Shown here one piece after another: positions 18,877 to 29,779 of a stretch of DNA of 64,000 nt. Source of the stretch: Verrucomicrobiota bacterium (lineage in GTDB: Bacteria > Verrucomicrobiota > Verrucomicrobiia > Opitutales > Cerasicoccaceae); contig JBCBUK010000001.1 in assembly GCA_039818205.1 (NCBI GenBank), forward strand, positions 192,001-256,000. The letters are read 5' to 3'. Numbering within the stretch: the first letter of the stretch is position 1; the number at the start of each line of letters is the position of its first letter. Below the pieces are notes generated by a model. It was not told the origin of the DNA. It did no database searches and was given only the letters and a program-made list of their open reading frames with translations. Both the position numbers and the translations under genes were made by a program.

Positions 18877-19295
18877 TAAGAATAGGTATTTGGATTGTAG
18901 TGGATTGGGCTGAGGCCAAAAGAATGCGCGGCAAATCGATCGGATGTCTCAGATTCATACACGCTGTTAAATCTGAGCTACCTTCATTGGCACCGCGGTC
19001 AAATAGCGACCCCACAACAGGACATAGACTATCCAATCTAGTTGAAATAACAAGGGACCCTAATCCGTCTATTTATATAGTTTTCAGTAATTGCCATTGG
19101 TTATTAATAACAATTTACCAATACCAATAAGAGCCCGTTTCGGTTTACCTACGCAAAGATCATTGATCCCATGCCTGAAGCTTCGCCCAACGCTTCCGAT
19201 TCCAATTGATGCGTTTTTTGTCATTTCAATCCTGACGTACTCGTGTATCTACTGGTCGGAAACACCAAGATTGTTAAGCAACAGCGATCCCAACC

Positions 19296-20369
19296 ATGCG
19301 CACGACCTGGCACTCCAACGATACAAATTTCACCCAATTCATCCTCGCTGGTGACATTGGTGGAACCAACAGTAACCTGGCAATTGTCGGCGAGAAAGAC
19401 GGAGTGTTCACACTTCTCGTCGAATGCGTGTTTCCCAGCCAGGATATCCTGGGGCTCATCGATCCGATCAAGCAGACGCTAGCGGTCACCAGCGAGCGCC
19501 TAGAGGGCGTTAAAATCGAGCGATGCTGTATCAGCGGCGCAGGCCCGGTGGCCGACAATTTTTGCAAGCTGAGCAACCTGTCGTGGAACATTGACGGTAA
19601 CGAGATTCAACGGACCATCGGAATCCCAACCATCGTGATCAACGATTTCCTAGCCATTAGCTACGGCGTTCCGCTGCTAGACGTCCACCAACCCGACAAG
19701 ATTTCGCAGCTTCCCCACACCGACGGCAGTCTCTCCGAGCCGAGTGGCGATGTTTCCCTAGTCATCGGTGCTGGAACGGGCTTGGGCGTCGGATTTGTCA
19801 TCAACCACAACGGCAAAATGATCGCCTACCCCTCGGAAGGTGGTCATGCGAGCTTCGCGAATTTCGACGCCGAAACCAGTGAGCTAAAACATTACGTAAT
19901 CCAGAACACAAATTACGCCTCAGAAATTGAAATGCTCGTTTCTGGACGCGGCTTGGCGAATATTTTCAACTTCTTCCGCGATGTCCGTAAAGTCACCCTC
20001 GATGGGGTCCTCAAGGAAATCGATGCCGCTGCCGACACCGATAAGCCCGCGTTAATCGGCACCCACGCGGAAAATAATCCCGTCTGCCGAGACGTCCTGC
20101 GCCTATTCATCAAGGTTTATGGACGCATCACAGCCGATTTTGCGACTGTCCTCCTCCCGACCAACGGCATTTACCTCGCTGGCGGAATCGTTGAGAAGAA
20201 CGAACACTACTTCGCGGATGGCCGGCAGTTCATGTATTACTTCGAGCAGAATTTCCGCCCGAGCATTCAAGAGATCCTTAAGAAATTCCCCGTCTACATC
20301 ATTCGCGAATACAGCGTCTCCCTCTATGGAGCCGCAAATGCCGCTACCCTGCTTACTGAAGCAGAATAG
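19296..20369 (+). CDS. glk: Glucokinase (E. coli Glk type)
   Basis: AGDIGGTN, INDF, GAGTGLG, PSEGGH, GIYLAGGI. Confidence 0.93.
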   Translation: MRTTWHSNDTNFTQFILAGDIGGTNSNLAIVGEKDGVFTLLVECVFPSQDILGLIDPIKQTLAVTSERLEGVKIERCCISGAGPVADNFCKLSNLSWNIDGNEIQRTIGIPTIVINDFLAISYGVPLLDVHQPDKISQLPHTDGSLSEPSGDVSLVIGAGTGLGVGFVINHNGKMIAYPSEGGHASFANFDAETSELKHYVIQNTNYASEIEMLVSGRGLANIFNFFRDVRKVTLDGVLKEIDAAADTDKPALIGTHAENNPVCRDVLRLFIKVYGRITADFATVLLPTNGIYLAGGIVEKNEHYFADGRQFMYYFEQNFRPSIQEILKKFPVYIIREYSVSLYGAANAATLLTEAE

Positions 20370-20426
20370 CGGCACGCAACAGATGATGATGTATCGAACT
20401 AAAAAGTTTTAACGAGCACTGGACGA

Positions 20427-21206
20427 TTAGATACCGTCCCGCTCAAAGTAGCGGCCAGCGTTTTCGTCGACGTCCACTTTAAGCATCCACTCGACATGGC
20501 CGTCGGCGAAAAGGTAGTGGCCACCGTCGTCATAGTGCGTTGGCGCACCCGCAGCTGGCCAGCCGCCACCATTGCCGACCCAAGTCGTGCTTTCCGACTT
20601 TCCGTCGCCGTTGGACTCAGCGATGACGACGAAGCGGGATGGAAATACGATCGACGATGGCATAGTGGGCAGGCGCTCGACATTGCGAACGTCAGGACTT
20701 GGGTGAACAGAACCCATGCCGTCGATTCCACCGTGACCTGAATTGTAGCCATAGCTAGAGGTCTCACCGGCATTGTTCGGGTCGAAATCAATCTCAGCAC
20801 CTGGATTTTGGAAAACTGTTTTGGTCGGATCCTCGATCCAATCGAAGTCTCCTTGAACGAGCTGAGCAAAACCAAGTTTCTCAGCAATGACATCCTGCCA
20901 ACCAAAATTTGCCCATTTGCCGTCTCCACCATAAGTACCCCATGGCGCCGGGTAACGGCCGGGGCCGATCAGCGTATCCTGTGGAGTTCCGTCCATAATA
21001 CAGAGGCTAAGGCCATGGCCTATTTGGCGAAGGTTACTGGCCGACTTCGAAGCGTTCGAACGTTCTCGAACCTTACCGATCGCCGGAATCAGGACCGCGG
21101 CTAAAATCGCGATAATCGCAATAACTGTAAGCAATTCAACCAACGTGAAAGCTTTACGCGTGATAGGTGACTGGTGGGTGTTATTGGGAGGTAATTTTTT
21201 GGGCAT
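20427..21206 (-). CDS. PVC-type prepilin N-terminal cleavage/methylation protein with H-X9-DG motif
   Basis: RKAFTLVELLTVIAIIAILAAVLIP, SNLRQIG, HYDDGGHYLFADGHV. Confidence 0.92.
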   Translation of the reverse strand: MPKKLPPNNTHQSPITRKAFTLVELLTVIAIIAILAAVLIPAIGKVRERSNASKSASNLRQIGHGLSLCIMDGTPQDTLIGPGRYPAPWGTYGGDGKWANFGWQDVIAEKLGFAQLVQGDFDWIEDPTKTVFQNPGAEIDFDPNNAGETSSYGYNSGHGGIDGMGSVHPSPDVRNVERLPTMPSSIVFPSRFVVIAESNGDGKSESTTWVGNGGGWPAAGAPTHYDDGGHYLFADGHVEWMLKVDVDENAGRYFERDGI

Positions 21207-21232
21207 AATTAGAACAAACAATTACCAAATAC

Positions 21233-21246
21233 TACATGTACATGTA
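21233..21246. promoter_or_regulatory. Perfect palindrome, candidate operator
   Basis: TACATGTACATGTA flanked by AAATA/TATTT, in the divergent prepilin/uvrB spacer. Confidence 0.5.
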
Positions 21247-21332
21247 TATTTTGTCCAGAAAAACCGCTCAAAAGAAAACCCCCACAGAAACGCTTTAAAT
21301 TCACCCCGCGAAACAGGTGCACGGACTCACAG

Positions 21333-21360
21333 TTGCATTCCCATTCGTTTCACCTATCGT
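21333..21360 (+). promoter_or_regulatory. uvrB promoter, probably leaderless
   Basis: TTGCAT-N16-TATCGT-N6-GTG. Confidence 0.55.
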
Positions 21361-21366
21361 TCCATT

Positions 21367-23403
21367 GTGGATTTTGAATTAAAGGCAGATTATTCCCCTC
21401 AAGGCGACCAGCCAACCGCAATTAAATCGCTCACAGAGTCGATAGCTTCTGGGAACAAGTTCCAAACGCTACTGGGAGTAACTGGCTCGGGGAAGACCTT
21501 TACGATGGCCAATATCGTGCAGAATCTACAGCGCCCAACCCTCATCATATCTCACAATAAGACTCTGGCTGCGCAACTCTACTCAGAATTCAAGGCGTTT
21601 TTCCCTAACAACGCGGTCGAATACTTCGTCAGTTACTACGATTACTATCAGCCCGAAGCCTACGTCCCCGCGACCGATACGTACATAGAGAAGGATTCAA
21701 GCATCAACGATGAGATCGAGCGCCTGCGCATCTCGGCGACTTCCTCCCTGATAAGCCGGCGCGACGTCCTCGTTGTCGCGAGTGTTAGCTGCATCTATGG
21801 ACTGGGCTCCCCGGAAGATTTCCGAGAAATGATGATTCCCCTCCGGGTTGGCGAGGAGTATGGGCGCGATAAACTCCTCGAGCGTTTAGTCGAAAATTTA
21901 TACGAGCGGAATGACATTCAGTTGACACGTGGAAAGTTCCGCGTTCGCGGTGAAGTCGTTGATATTTTTCCGGCTTACATGGAAAGTGCGATCCGCGTCG
22001 AATTCTGGGGTGATGAGATTGAATCAATCGCGGGCCTTGACCCGCTGACTGGCGAAACTGGCGAGCGCCTGAACCATTTCCACCTCTATCCAGCCAACCA
22101 ATACATCACGCCTCGCAATAAGTTGGACGTCGCGGTTAAGGCAATCCAAGCCGAGGCGAACCAGCAAGTTGCCGACTTCGAGAAGAATCGCCGATTGATC
22201 GAAGCCCAACGAATCAAGATGCGGACAGACTACGACCTTGAGCTACTCCAGGAAATGGGCTTCTGCAATGGAATCGAGAACTACTCGCGTCATCTGTCCG
22301 GCCGTAAGCCGGGTGAACGCCCTTGGTGCTTGATCGACTTCTTTCCTGATGACCTTCTCCTCATGATCGACGAGAGTCACGTGACCGTTCCCCAGATTGG
22401 CGCCATGTACAATGGCGACCGCGCCCGCAAAGAACGCCTCGTCGATTTCGGATTTCGCCTACCCTCCGCCCTCGACAACCGACCACTCAAACCAGACGAG
22501 TTCTGGGACGTGACCGGCCAATGCCTTTTTGTCTCAGCAACACCAGCCAAGTTGGAAATGGAAAAGTCGACGACAGTCGCACATCAAGTGGTTCGCCCAA
22601 CCGGCCTGCTCGACCCGATCCTCGAGATGCGATCCACGAAGGGCCAGGTCGAAGACTTAATCGGTGAGATAAAACAAGCCGTCGCCGCGGAAGAACGCGT
22701 CTTGGTTACAACCCTTACCAAGCGGATGAGCGAAGATCTAACCAGCTACTTGCGCGAGGCCGACATCCGTGTGGAATACCTACACAGCGACATCGACGCG
22801 ATTGAACGGGTCGAGATCCTGAGAAACCTCAGACGAGGAGATTTTGATGTGCTCGTTGGAGTCAACCTACTTCGCGAGGGGCTCGACCTCCCTGAAGTTG
22901 CCCTGGTCGCGATTCTCGACGCAGACAAAGAGGGATTTTTGCGCAGTGAAACAAGCCTCATTCAAACTGCAGGGCGGGCAGCTAGGCACGAGAAAGGCCG
23001 GGTTATCATGTACGCCGATGCGCTCAACGACTCGCTGCGGCGCACCTTCGAAGTCACCGAAACACGGCGAGCCAAACAGATTGCACACAATGAGGCGCAT
23101 GGAATAACTCCCCGCAGCGTTCGACGCATGGACCAGACGAGCCTACAACGCGAAGAAGTGGCCGAGAACTCGGTTGACCTCCAAGCTTCTGGCGGCGACG
23201 AAGATGTCGCAGCAGTTCTTGCCGAGCTCGAGTCCGAGATGCTTGAGGCAGCCACGAACCTGCAGTTTGAACGGGCAGCCGTCCTGCGGGATCAGATTGA
23301 TGCACTCAAGAACGGTGCCAAACCAACGGGGAGCCGGAATGCGTCGAGCCCGCGGCGGCGCAAGCGCGGCAAGAAAGGCAAGAACATGAAATGGGGCCGC
23401 TAG
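21367..23403 (+). CDS. uvrB: Excinuclease ABC subunit B
   Basis: [43 protein letters not shown]-terminal UVR domain. Start set at GTG 21367. Confidence 0.98.
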   Translation: MDFELKADYSPQGDQPTAIKSLTESIASGNKFQTLLGVTGSGKTFTMANIVQNLQRPTLIISHNKTLAAQLYSEFKAFFPNNAVEYFVSYYDYYQPEAYVPATDTYIEKDSSINDEIERLRISATSSLISRRDVLVVASVSCIYGLGSPEDFREMMIPLRVGEEYGRDKLLERLVENLYERNDIQLTRGKFRVRGEVVDIFPAYMESAIRVEFWGDEIESIAGLDPLTGETGERLNHFHLYPANQYITPRNKLDVAVKAIQAEANQQVADFEKNRRLIEAQRIKMRTDYDLELLQEMGFCNGIENYSRHLSGRKPGERPWCLIDFFPDDLLLMIDESHVTVPQIGAMYNGDRARKERLVDFGFRLPSALDNRPLKPDEFWDVTGQCLFVSATPAKLEMEKSTTVAHQVVRPTGLLDPILEMRSTKGQVEDLIGEIKQAVAAEERVLVTTLTKRMSEDLTSYLREADIRVEYLHSDIDAIERVEILRNLRRGDFDVLVGVNLLREGLDLPEVALVAILDADKEGFLRSETSLIQTAGRAARHEKGRVIMYADALNDSLRRTFEVTETRRAKQIAHNEAHGITPRSVRRMDQTSLQREEVAENSVDLQASGGDEDVAAVLAELESEMLEAATNLQFERAAVLRDQIDALKNGAKPTGSRNASSPRRRKRGKKGKNMKWGR

Positions 23404-23416
23404 TTAATACTCGCGC

Positions 23417-24532
23417 TTACTCAGCATCAGCGGGAGGCAGCTCCTCAGGTTCCTCAATCTGGATCATGATCAAGATCCATCCGGTCGCCTCAATGGGCGA
23501 GGCAAGAATGGTAAACGCCTCCTCCTTATCATACATCAAGCTACTTACTTCGGCCTTCCCCTCAGGACTAAACCAAAGAAGGACCGATTCGGTTACGGTA
23601 TTGATCAAAGAAAAACTTGAAACCTGCACACCGTCGGGCAGATCCGTAATCTCGTTGATGTTTTCCTCAGTTCGGAAATAAAGCACGGGCGCCTTAGCCT
23701 CGGTGTTAACCGAAACGATTTCCTTTTCGATCTTAGGGTCGGAGGCATCAATCGCTAATCCTTGAGCATCGACGATGTAGGTAATCGCGTTAGCACCATT
23801 CGCCAATTCGCCCAAAACGTCGTCAGCCAATTCATCCAAAGTAATGTCACGCGAAGCGACTCCGAGCAACTCGTCGCCATCAAAAACGGGAAATGACGCC
23901 GTAACCATCATGCCGTCACCGACGAGATCAAGATAAGGCAAGGTCCAACCCACGCTACGTTCTTCAAAATTGGCCGCCGAATAAAATTCCTGTTCCGTAG
24001 GCGGGTTATTGTAAACTGCCTCCTCCATTGTAAGATAGGGATAGATGAGAAACAACTCATTCGGCGTCGTGCAATAAACCCATGAAAAATCAAAACTGTT
24101 GTAAGCGGCCCGGATAACGGGGACCAATGCTTCTAACTCGGTTGCCGTTCGCCGAACACCTTCGTCGAGCTCATCCCCATTGTAACTACACAATGCGGGA
24201 TAAGGGAACTTATAGCCAGGCGTTGACTCCAAGTCCTGCCAGGATCGAAAGATGGCAGTCTCACCATCGAGAATCATACGGGCTTTCCAGTAATCCTCGG
24301 GCTCAGCGGGGAGCTTCTCGAGGTGAACGCGTCGCCACTCCTCGCCAACCGCCTCAATGCTCTCTTCGATTGACTGGAACAAGTCATTGATTCGTCCAGC
24401 ACCGAGCGTAACCAATGCCTTATCCAGCGTGGCATCATCCGCAAATGCGGATTGCCCAACCACCAGCGCACCAACGCACATCAATCTCCGCCAGGTTCCC
24501 AACGAACTGGATATCATCGCCTCCGATCCCAA
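23417..24532 (-). CDS. Stand-alone extracytoplasmic dCache-domain protein
   Basis: Signal-like N-terminus; WTLPYLDLVGDGMMVTASFPV...LGVASRDITL; SPIEATGWIL. No downstream TM or output domain. Confidence 0.8.
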   Translation of the reverse strand: MGSEAMISSSLGTWRRLMCVGALVVGQSAFADDATLDKALVTLGAGRINDLFQSIEESIEAVGEEWRRVHLEKLPAEPEDYWKARMILDGETAIFRSWQDLESTPGYKFPYPALCSYNGDELDEGVRRTATELEALVPVIRAAYNSFDFSWVYCTTPNELFLIYPYLTMEEAVYNNPPTEQEFYSAANFEERSVGWTLPYLDLVGDGMMVTASFPVFDGDELLGVASRDITLDELADDVLGELANGANAITYIVDAQGLAIDASDPKIEKEIVSVNTEAKAPVLYFRTEENINEITDLPDGVQVSSFSLINTVTESVLLWFSPEGKAEVSSLMYDKEEAFTILASPIEATGWILIMIQIEEPEELPPADAE

Positions 24533-24539
24533 GTCTGAA

Positions 24540-24788
24540 TTAGAACCAACCCTTCTTACCAGTTATATAAGTGGCGACAAATTCGTCGTCCGTTTTGGTC
24601 AGGTAGATGATTCCCTCGATCAGGCCAATGATGCCCATGACCGCACCAAGAATACCGAAAGTCAGAATAGTGACCAAGAGCATGATTATACCCTCTTTGG
24701 TGTAGCCGAGGATGAATTTGTGAACGCCAAGTGCGCCAAGAAGAATACCGCACACTCCAGCGGGGATTTTTGAACTAGCATCAGCCAT
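24540..24788 (-). CDS. TM2-domain small membrane protein
   Basis: KIPAGVCGILLGALGVHKFILGY...IGLIEGIIYLTK...KKGWF. Confidence 0.9.
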   Translation of the reverse strand: MADASSKIPAGVCGILLGALGVHKFILGYTKEGIIMLLVTILTFGILGAVMGIIGLIEGIIYLTKTDDEFVATYITGKKGWF

Positions 24789-24900
24789 AACAGGATCGTT
24801 TAGTGGTTAATTTAGACTAATTTATATAACCGCTGGGATCGATGGCGACAAGCCATAACTGCGACACAACCGGCCACAATTTGATGACAAAAACGTAAAA

Positions 24901-25341
24901 CTAGTCCTGGCAGGCCTCACACAACCCATACAGCTCAAGCCGATGGGTTATTTCCTGAAAACCAAGCTTCTCAGCGGCTTGCTCAAATGGGTGCGCGTGA
25001 CACTCATCGAGACATTGAATCAAACCGCATTTCCGGCAAATGACGTGGTGATGATGACCATGGTGACAATCGATCAATTCATACAATGTGCGGCCACCTT
25101 CATCTCGCAGCGTTTGCAGCACCCCGATCTCCTCAAATGCACTCAGGTTTCGATACAAGGTCACCAAATCAAACGACTTGGGACCCAGGAGCTGGTGCAA
25201 GGCCTCAATTGCCATTGGTCGGCCCGCATTGGCGAGCACTTGAACCAGTCGTTTGCGAGCAGCCGTGATACGCATACCGCGCTCGCGCATGATATCCAGA
25301 GTCGGATCGAAGTGTGTGCTGTGGGATCTCTTGCTCAACAT
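24901..25341 (-). CDS. Fur-family regulator (Zur-like)
   Basis: RITAAR, LVTLYRNL, HHGHHHHVICRKCG, YGLCEAC. Confidence 0.9.
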   Translation of the reverse strand: MLSKRSHSTHFDPTLDIMRERGMRITAARKRLVQVLANAGRPMAIEALHQLLGPKSFDLVTLYRNLSAFEEIGVLQTLRDEGGRTLYELIDCHHGHHHHVICRKCGLIQCLDECHAHPFEQAAEKLGFQEITHRLELYGLCEACQD

Positions 25342-25626
25342 AATCAGAAAAACAGGAACCAGCACGTTTGGCAACTCGTTCCGATCCGAAAGGTTCGCGG
25401 TAATATTACGACTGACTGAATAAATTGCTCCTTGATCGAAAACTCCCGGACAAATTTATCTAATATTTTGATTGCATAAAATTAGACAATTGACATAAAA
25501 GCCGAATTCTTTCATTGAAATTCCAATTCCTGAGCAGCTTTGCGCGGTTGAGGCGGAATAATCCTTGCCAAACTGCGACAAGGGGCTTTCTTTTTCGGCC
25601 TTCGCAGACCGTGCTGCATTTTTTAA

Positions 25627-26676
<1,050 letters not shown>

Positions 26677-26699
26677 GCTGAGCTCAGCACAACACTTTC

Positions 26700-26730
26700 A
26701 AAAGCCGCTTCCCCTGGGAGCGGCTTTTTT
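26700..26730 (+). terminator. Terminator after gap
   Basis: AAAAGCCGCTTCC-cct-GGGAGCGGCTTTTT. Confidence 0.88.
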
Positions 26731-26768
26731 CATATCATATGTTTGGCGTGATGAAGATGGCCGGCGGT

Positions 26769-28772
26769 TTAGACATCCGATGCCTTAAAAACCAATAGCA
26801 GTTGATCCAGGATGCCCTGCCCTTCTTCGTTTAGCGTCTGCTCCCGATGATAGGCCAGCGCAATGACAAGCGGCAAAAACCGTTGGTTTTCCGAAGTCGT
26901 AGCCAACGCAACCTGCGCCTTGCCCAATATCTCGGCTTCGCTGACGTTTATATCCTCCAGCTCAGACTTCCGGGGCAAGGTCATAAACAGTGCAGTCAAA
27001 GCGTCCTGACGAATTCCACCCGAATCATCGAGCAGATCAAGCCATTGACGCTGGGCAAGTAACGACTCGCCAGCCCAATATTCATAAACTCCAGAGATGT
27101 AAGCGACCCGGGGTGAATAATCCGCGAGATCCTGTGCTGCATTGAGCCGGTCCATTAGCATGCTCCCATTCGGCCGCCCTCCCGTCGTGATCAGAGTCTC
27201 AAGCGCAAGATTGTACTCGGCGACCACCGCCAGCTCTTTGGCGGCACGACGATTCGGGTCCTCCGCCATTGCGCTTTGCGCCCAATCAAGGGCCTCAACA
27301 TCGTCATTGGCTTCAAGAGCCGCATAACCTAGCAGCAAATAATCTTGAACGGCCGTCTTTGGCTCTCGCACTCCGAACCCGTTCGAAAAAGTGAACGCAA
27401 TGACAACAATCAGGGCGGTAACAGCACCGACCCATTGCCACCTACCAGAAGATTGCCAGGGCAAGGTCGCCCATCCACCGACGATAACAGCGAGCATCGG
27501 TGCCATCGGTAATCGAAACCGCGCGCTTACGTAGGTGAGAACCAAGCCGGCGGCAAACGCAAGCGCGGCCATGACAATAAATCCGAGCAGTGGGTAATTC
27601 TTGCGCCCCAGAAATAGAAGTGGAACTGCCGCCGACAACAACAAGCCCCAGCCCAATGGATTGAACATGATCGACGGACTGAGACCTTTGTGCACGCCAT
27701 AGGTCTTATTGTTGTATTGCTCGTAATCGTTCAACAAATAGTAACCTTTGCGAATGAGACGCCCCAAAAATGCTCCGGGATCGTCAGCAATCATTCGGTT
27801 TGTTCGGTCGCGCCAATAGTCATTGATCGATCGCCAATCCTCGGGTGCTGCCGGCCCCTTATCAACCCGGTAATGGTAGAGGGACTCGAGCCGAGCTGGA
27901 TTCTCGTGTCGATCGCCCTGGTAAACTTCGATCTCTTGCGCAAAATATTTTCCGTGCGATCCTGGCTTATTCGCAGCCCATAGGTTGAACGGACCTTGAG
28001 TCGGCATGATCGCGAACTCGCCCGAAATCTTTTTGTTTAGCGCTCCCATCATCACCGCCGGAATCGCTAGACCGACGAAGCACATAAGCACCGGCCAGCG
28101 AGGCGGAAGCTGATGATTTACACCTGCCGGCCCAGGCGTTTTCGCACGCGCAATGAACGCGATAGCCAGTAATACAAACGGCGCCGAGAGCGCCACCGCC
28201 CACATTTGGGGACGCGTTAAGGCAGCTAGGGCAAGCAGGAAACCGCAAGCCAATGCCGATTGCATCGAAGCGGACCGCAGGAACGCCGCCCCTCGATCCA
28301 GCCCCGCTAACAACAATGCGATCGACAAGGTGATGTCCAATGGATCACCCAGGAAAAATATGCCAACTGGATAGAGCGCCCAGACACCCGCGGCAAGGAT
28401 CGCAGCGCGGTCACTAGCCCAAAGCTGCTTGGAAAGCCGTGCGACCAACCAGAGCGAAAACAACCATGCAATCACGTTAAGCAAGCGCGCATAGTCCGGC
28501 CAAAGATAATCCGGGATGCCCACCGCCGGAGCAATCGATAGAATCAAAGCATAGAGTGGCGCCCGATAAAAGGGTTCAGCGACGAAAGAGCCACGAGAAA
28601 TCGAATCGGCGAGCTGGAGATTCTCTTTCCCATCCAGTACTGGATGCCCCCCCATCGGCGTATTTCCATACCAAAGGCAGTAGACAGCCGCATACAAGAA
28701 CCCAACGAGGAAAACGAGCAACAACAGTCGGCTGCGATTCAAGTGGGGTTCGTTGTTTGGGGAATGCGCCAT
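26769..28772 (-). CDS. Polytopic GT-C-fold (PMT/ArnT-like, GT39/83-like) membrane glycosyltransferase with C-terminal TPR-like region
   Basis: Many TM helices; PVLD loop, PFYRAPLY, ALTRPQ, FNLWAAN, ARFRLPMAP. Confidence 0.72.
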   Translation of the reverse strand: MAHSPNNEPHLNRSRLLLLVFLVGFLYAAVYCLWYGNTPMGGHPVLDGKENLQLADSISRGSFVAEPFYRAPLYALILSIAPAVGIPDYLWPDYARLLNVIAWLFSLWLVARLSKQLWASDRAAILAAGVWALYPVGIFFLGDPLDITLSIALLLAGLDRGAAFLRSASMQSALACGFLLALAALTRPQMWAVALSAPFVLLAIAFIARAKTPGPAGVNHQLPPRWPVLMCFVGLAIPAVMMGALNKKISGEFAIMPTQGPFNLWAANKPGSHGKYFAQEIEVYQGDRHENPARLESLYHYRVDKGPAAPEDWRSINDYWRDRTNRMIADDPGAFLGRLIRKGYYLLNDYEQYNNKTYGVHKGLSPSIMFNPLGWGLLLSAAVPLLFLGRKNYPLLGFIVMAALAFAAGLVLTYVSARFRLPMAPMLAVIVGGWATLPWQSSGRWQWVGAVTALIVVIAFTFSNGFGVREPKTAVQDYLLLGYAALEANDDVEALDWAQSAMAEDPNRRAAKELAVVAEYNLALETLITTGGRPNGSMLMDRLNAAQDLADYSPRVAYISGVYEYWAGESLLAQRQWLDLLDDSGGIRQDALTALFMTLPRKSELEDINVSEAEILGKAQVALATTSENQRFLPLVIALAYHREQTLNEEGQGILDQLLLVFKASDV

Positions 28773-28779
28773 GGGGTTT

Positions 28780-29481
28780 CTAGAAATCAGAACCAATCTC
28801 GGGGGCTTGATCGCTTAATTTTCCGTCGACAAGCGTAACCAGGCGATCGGCGACATCGAGGATGCGATTGTCGTGGGTCACCATTACAATCGTGTTGCCA
28901 AACTCTTTCGACAGCCGCTGGAGGTGGCTCACCACTTCTCGCCCGGTCGCCCCGTCAAGGGAAGCGGTTGGCTCATCGGCTAAAATGATTCCGGGGCGAT
29001 GAACCAATGCTCGCGCAATCGCCACCCGCTGCTTCTGTCCACCAGACAACTGAGATGGCAATTTATTAGCGTGATCAGTCAGATCGACCTCGGCCAAAAT
29101 CTCCAACGCGCGCTCCCGGGCCTTTGGGCCCGTCATTTTTGGATCAAAGGTCAGTGGCATCATGACGTTCTGAGTCACATCGAGCGAACCAATCAAATGG
29201 TGGTTCTGAAAAATAAACCCGATACCCCGGCGAACGTTGCACAACTCATTCTGGGAGGAGGTTTCAAGGCATTTGCCCTCAATCTCGATGCTTCCCTCTT
29301 GAATCGTCCGCAGACCCGCAACCAGTTTGAGCAAGGTAGTCTTACCGGAACCCGATGGCCCCACAATAATGGAAATCTGGCCTTCGTAAAATTCAGAGGT
29401 AATGCCATGCAATACCTCCTGCTTGGTCTCACCGGAACCAAAGGTATAGTGCAGATCTTTGATTGATATAATCGAATTCAT
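28780..29481 (-). CDS. devA: DevA-like ABC exporter ATP-binding subunit
   Basis: GPSGSGKTT, GLRTIQEGS, LSGGQKQRVAIARAL, ADEPTASLD, VTHDNRILDVADR. Confidence 0.85.
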   Translation of the reverse strand: MNSIISIKDLHYTFGSGETKQEVLHGITSEFYEGQISIIVGPSGSGKTTLLKLVAGLRTIQEGSIEIEGKCLETSSQNELCNVRRGIGFIFQNHHLIGSLDVTQNVMMPLTFDPKMTGPKARERALEILAEVDLTDHANKLPSQLSGGQKQRVAIARALVHRPGIILADEPTASLDGATGREVVSHLQRLSKEFGNTIVMVTHDNRILDVADRLVTLVDGKLSDQAPEIGSDF

Positions 29482-29490
29482 TCCCGGGGA

Positions 29491-29766
29491 TTACGCCTCC
29501 AATTTTTGCGGCTCAATCGCTTGGAAACGACCGATTTGGCTTGAAATGAGCCATTGCTGCCCAAGCAACCAAAAGAGAATCAGCAAAGGAATCAAACCAG
29601 TTGCGAAATGATCAACAGACAAAAGGTAGACCAACTGAAATATTCCAAAACCGATAAGGTATCGAATGTTCCTCTGACTCTTCTTTTGAAAAATTTCGAT
29701 CAACTCCTCGAGTGCTTCTGCGCTGTAACTTGCTTTTGCGAGGAGGCGTATTTCTTGTTTCTTCAT
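29491..29766 (-). CDS. Small 2-TM hypothetical protein inside the dev operon
   Basis: 91-aa ORF after a GGAGG SD, exactly filling the devC-devA gap. Two hydrophobic segments. Confidence 0.6.
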   Translation of the reverse strand: MKKQEIRLLAKASYSAEALEELIEIFQKKSQRNIRYLIGFGIFQLVYLLSVDHFATGLIPLLILFWLLGQQWLISSQIGRFQAIEPQKLEA

Positions 29767-29779
29767 AAAATAGACCTCC

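Noticed and set aside
21145..21366. N-terminal extension of UvrB in the ORF track
   Set aside because: Overlaps the divergent gene and promoter; UvrB similarity begins at GTG 21367.
25459..25486. Imperfect AT-rich palindrome between the Fur-family gene and gap as a Fur/Zur box
   Set aside because: Too degenerate in an AT-rich spacer to support.
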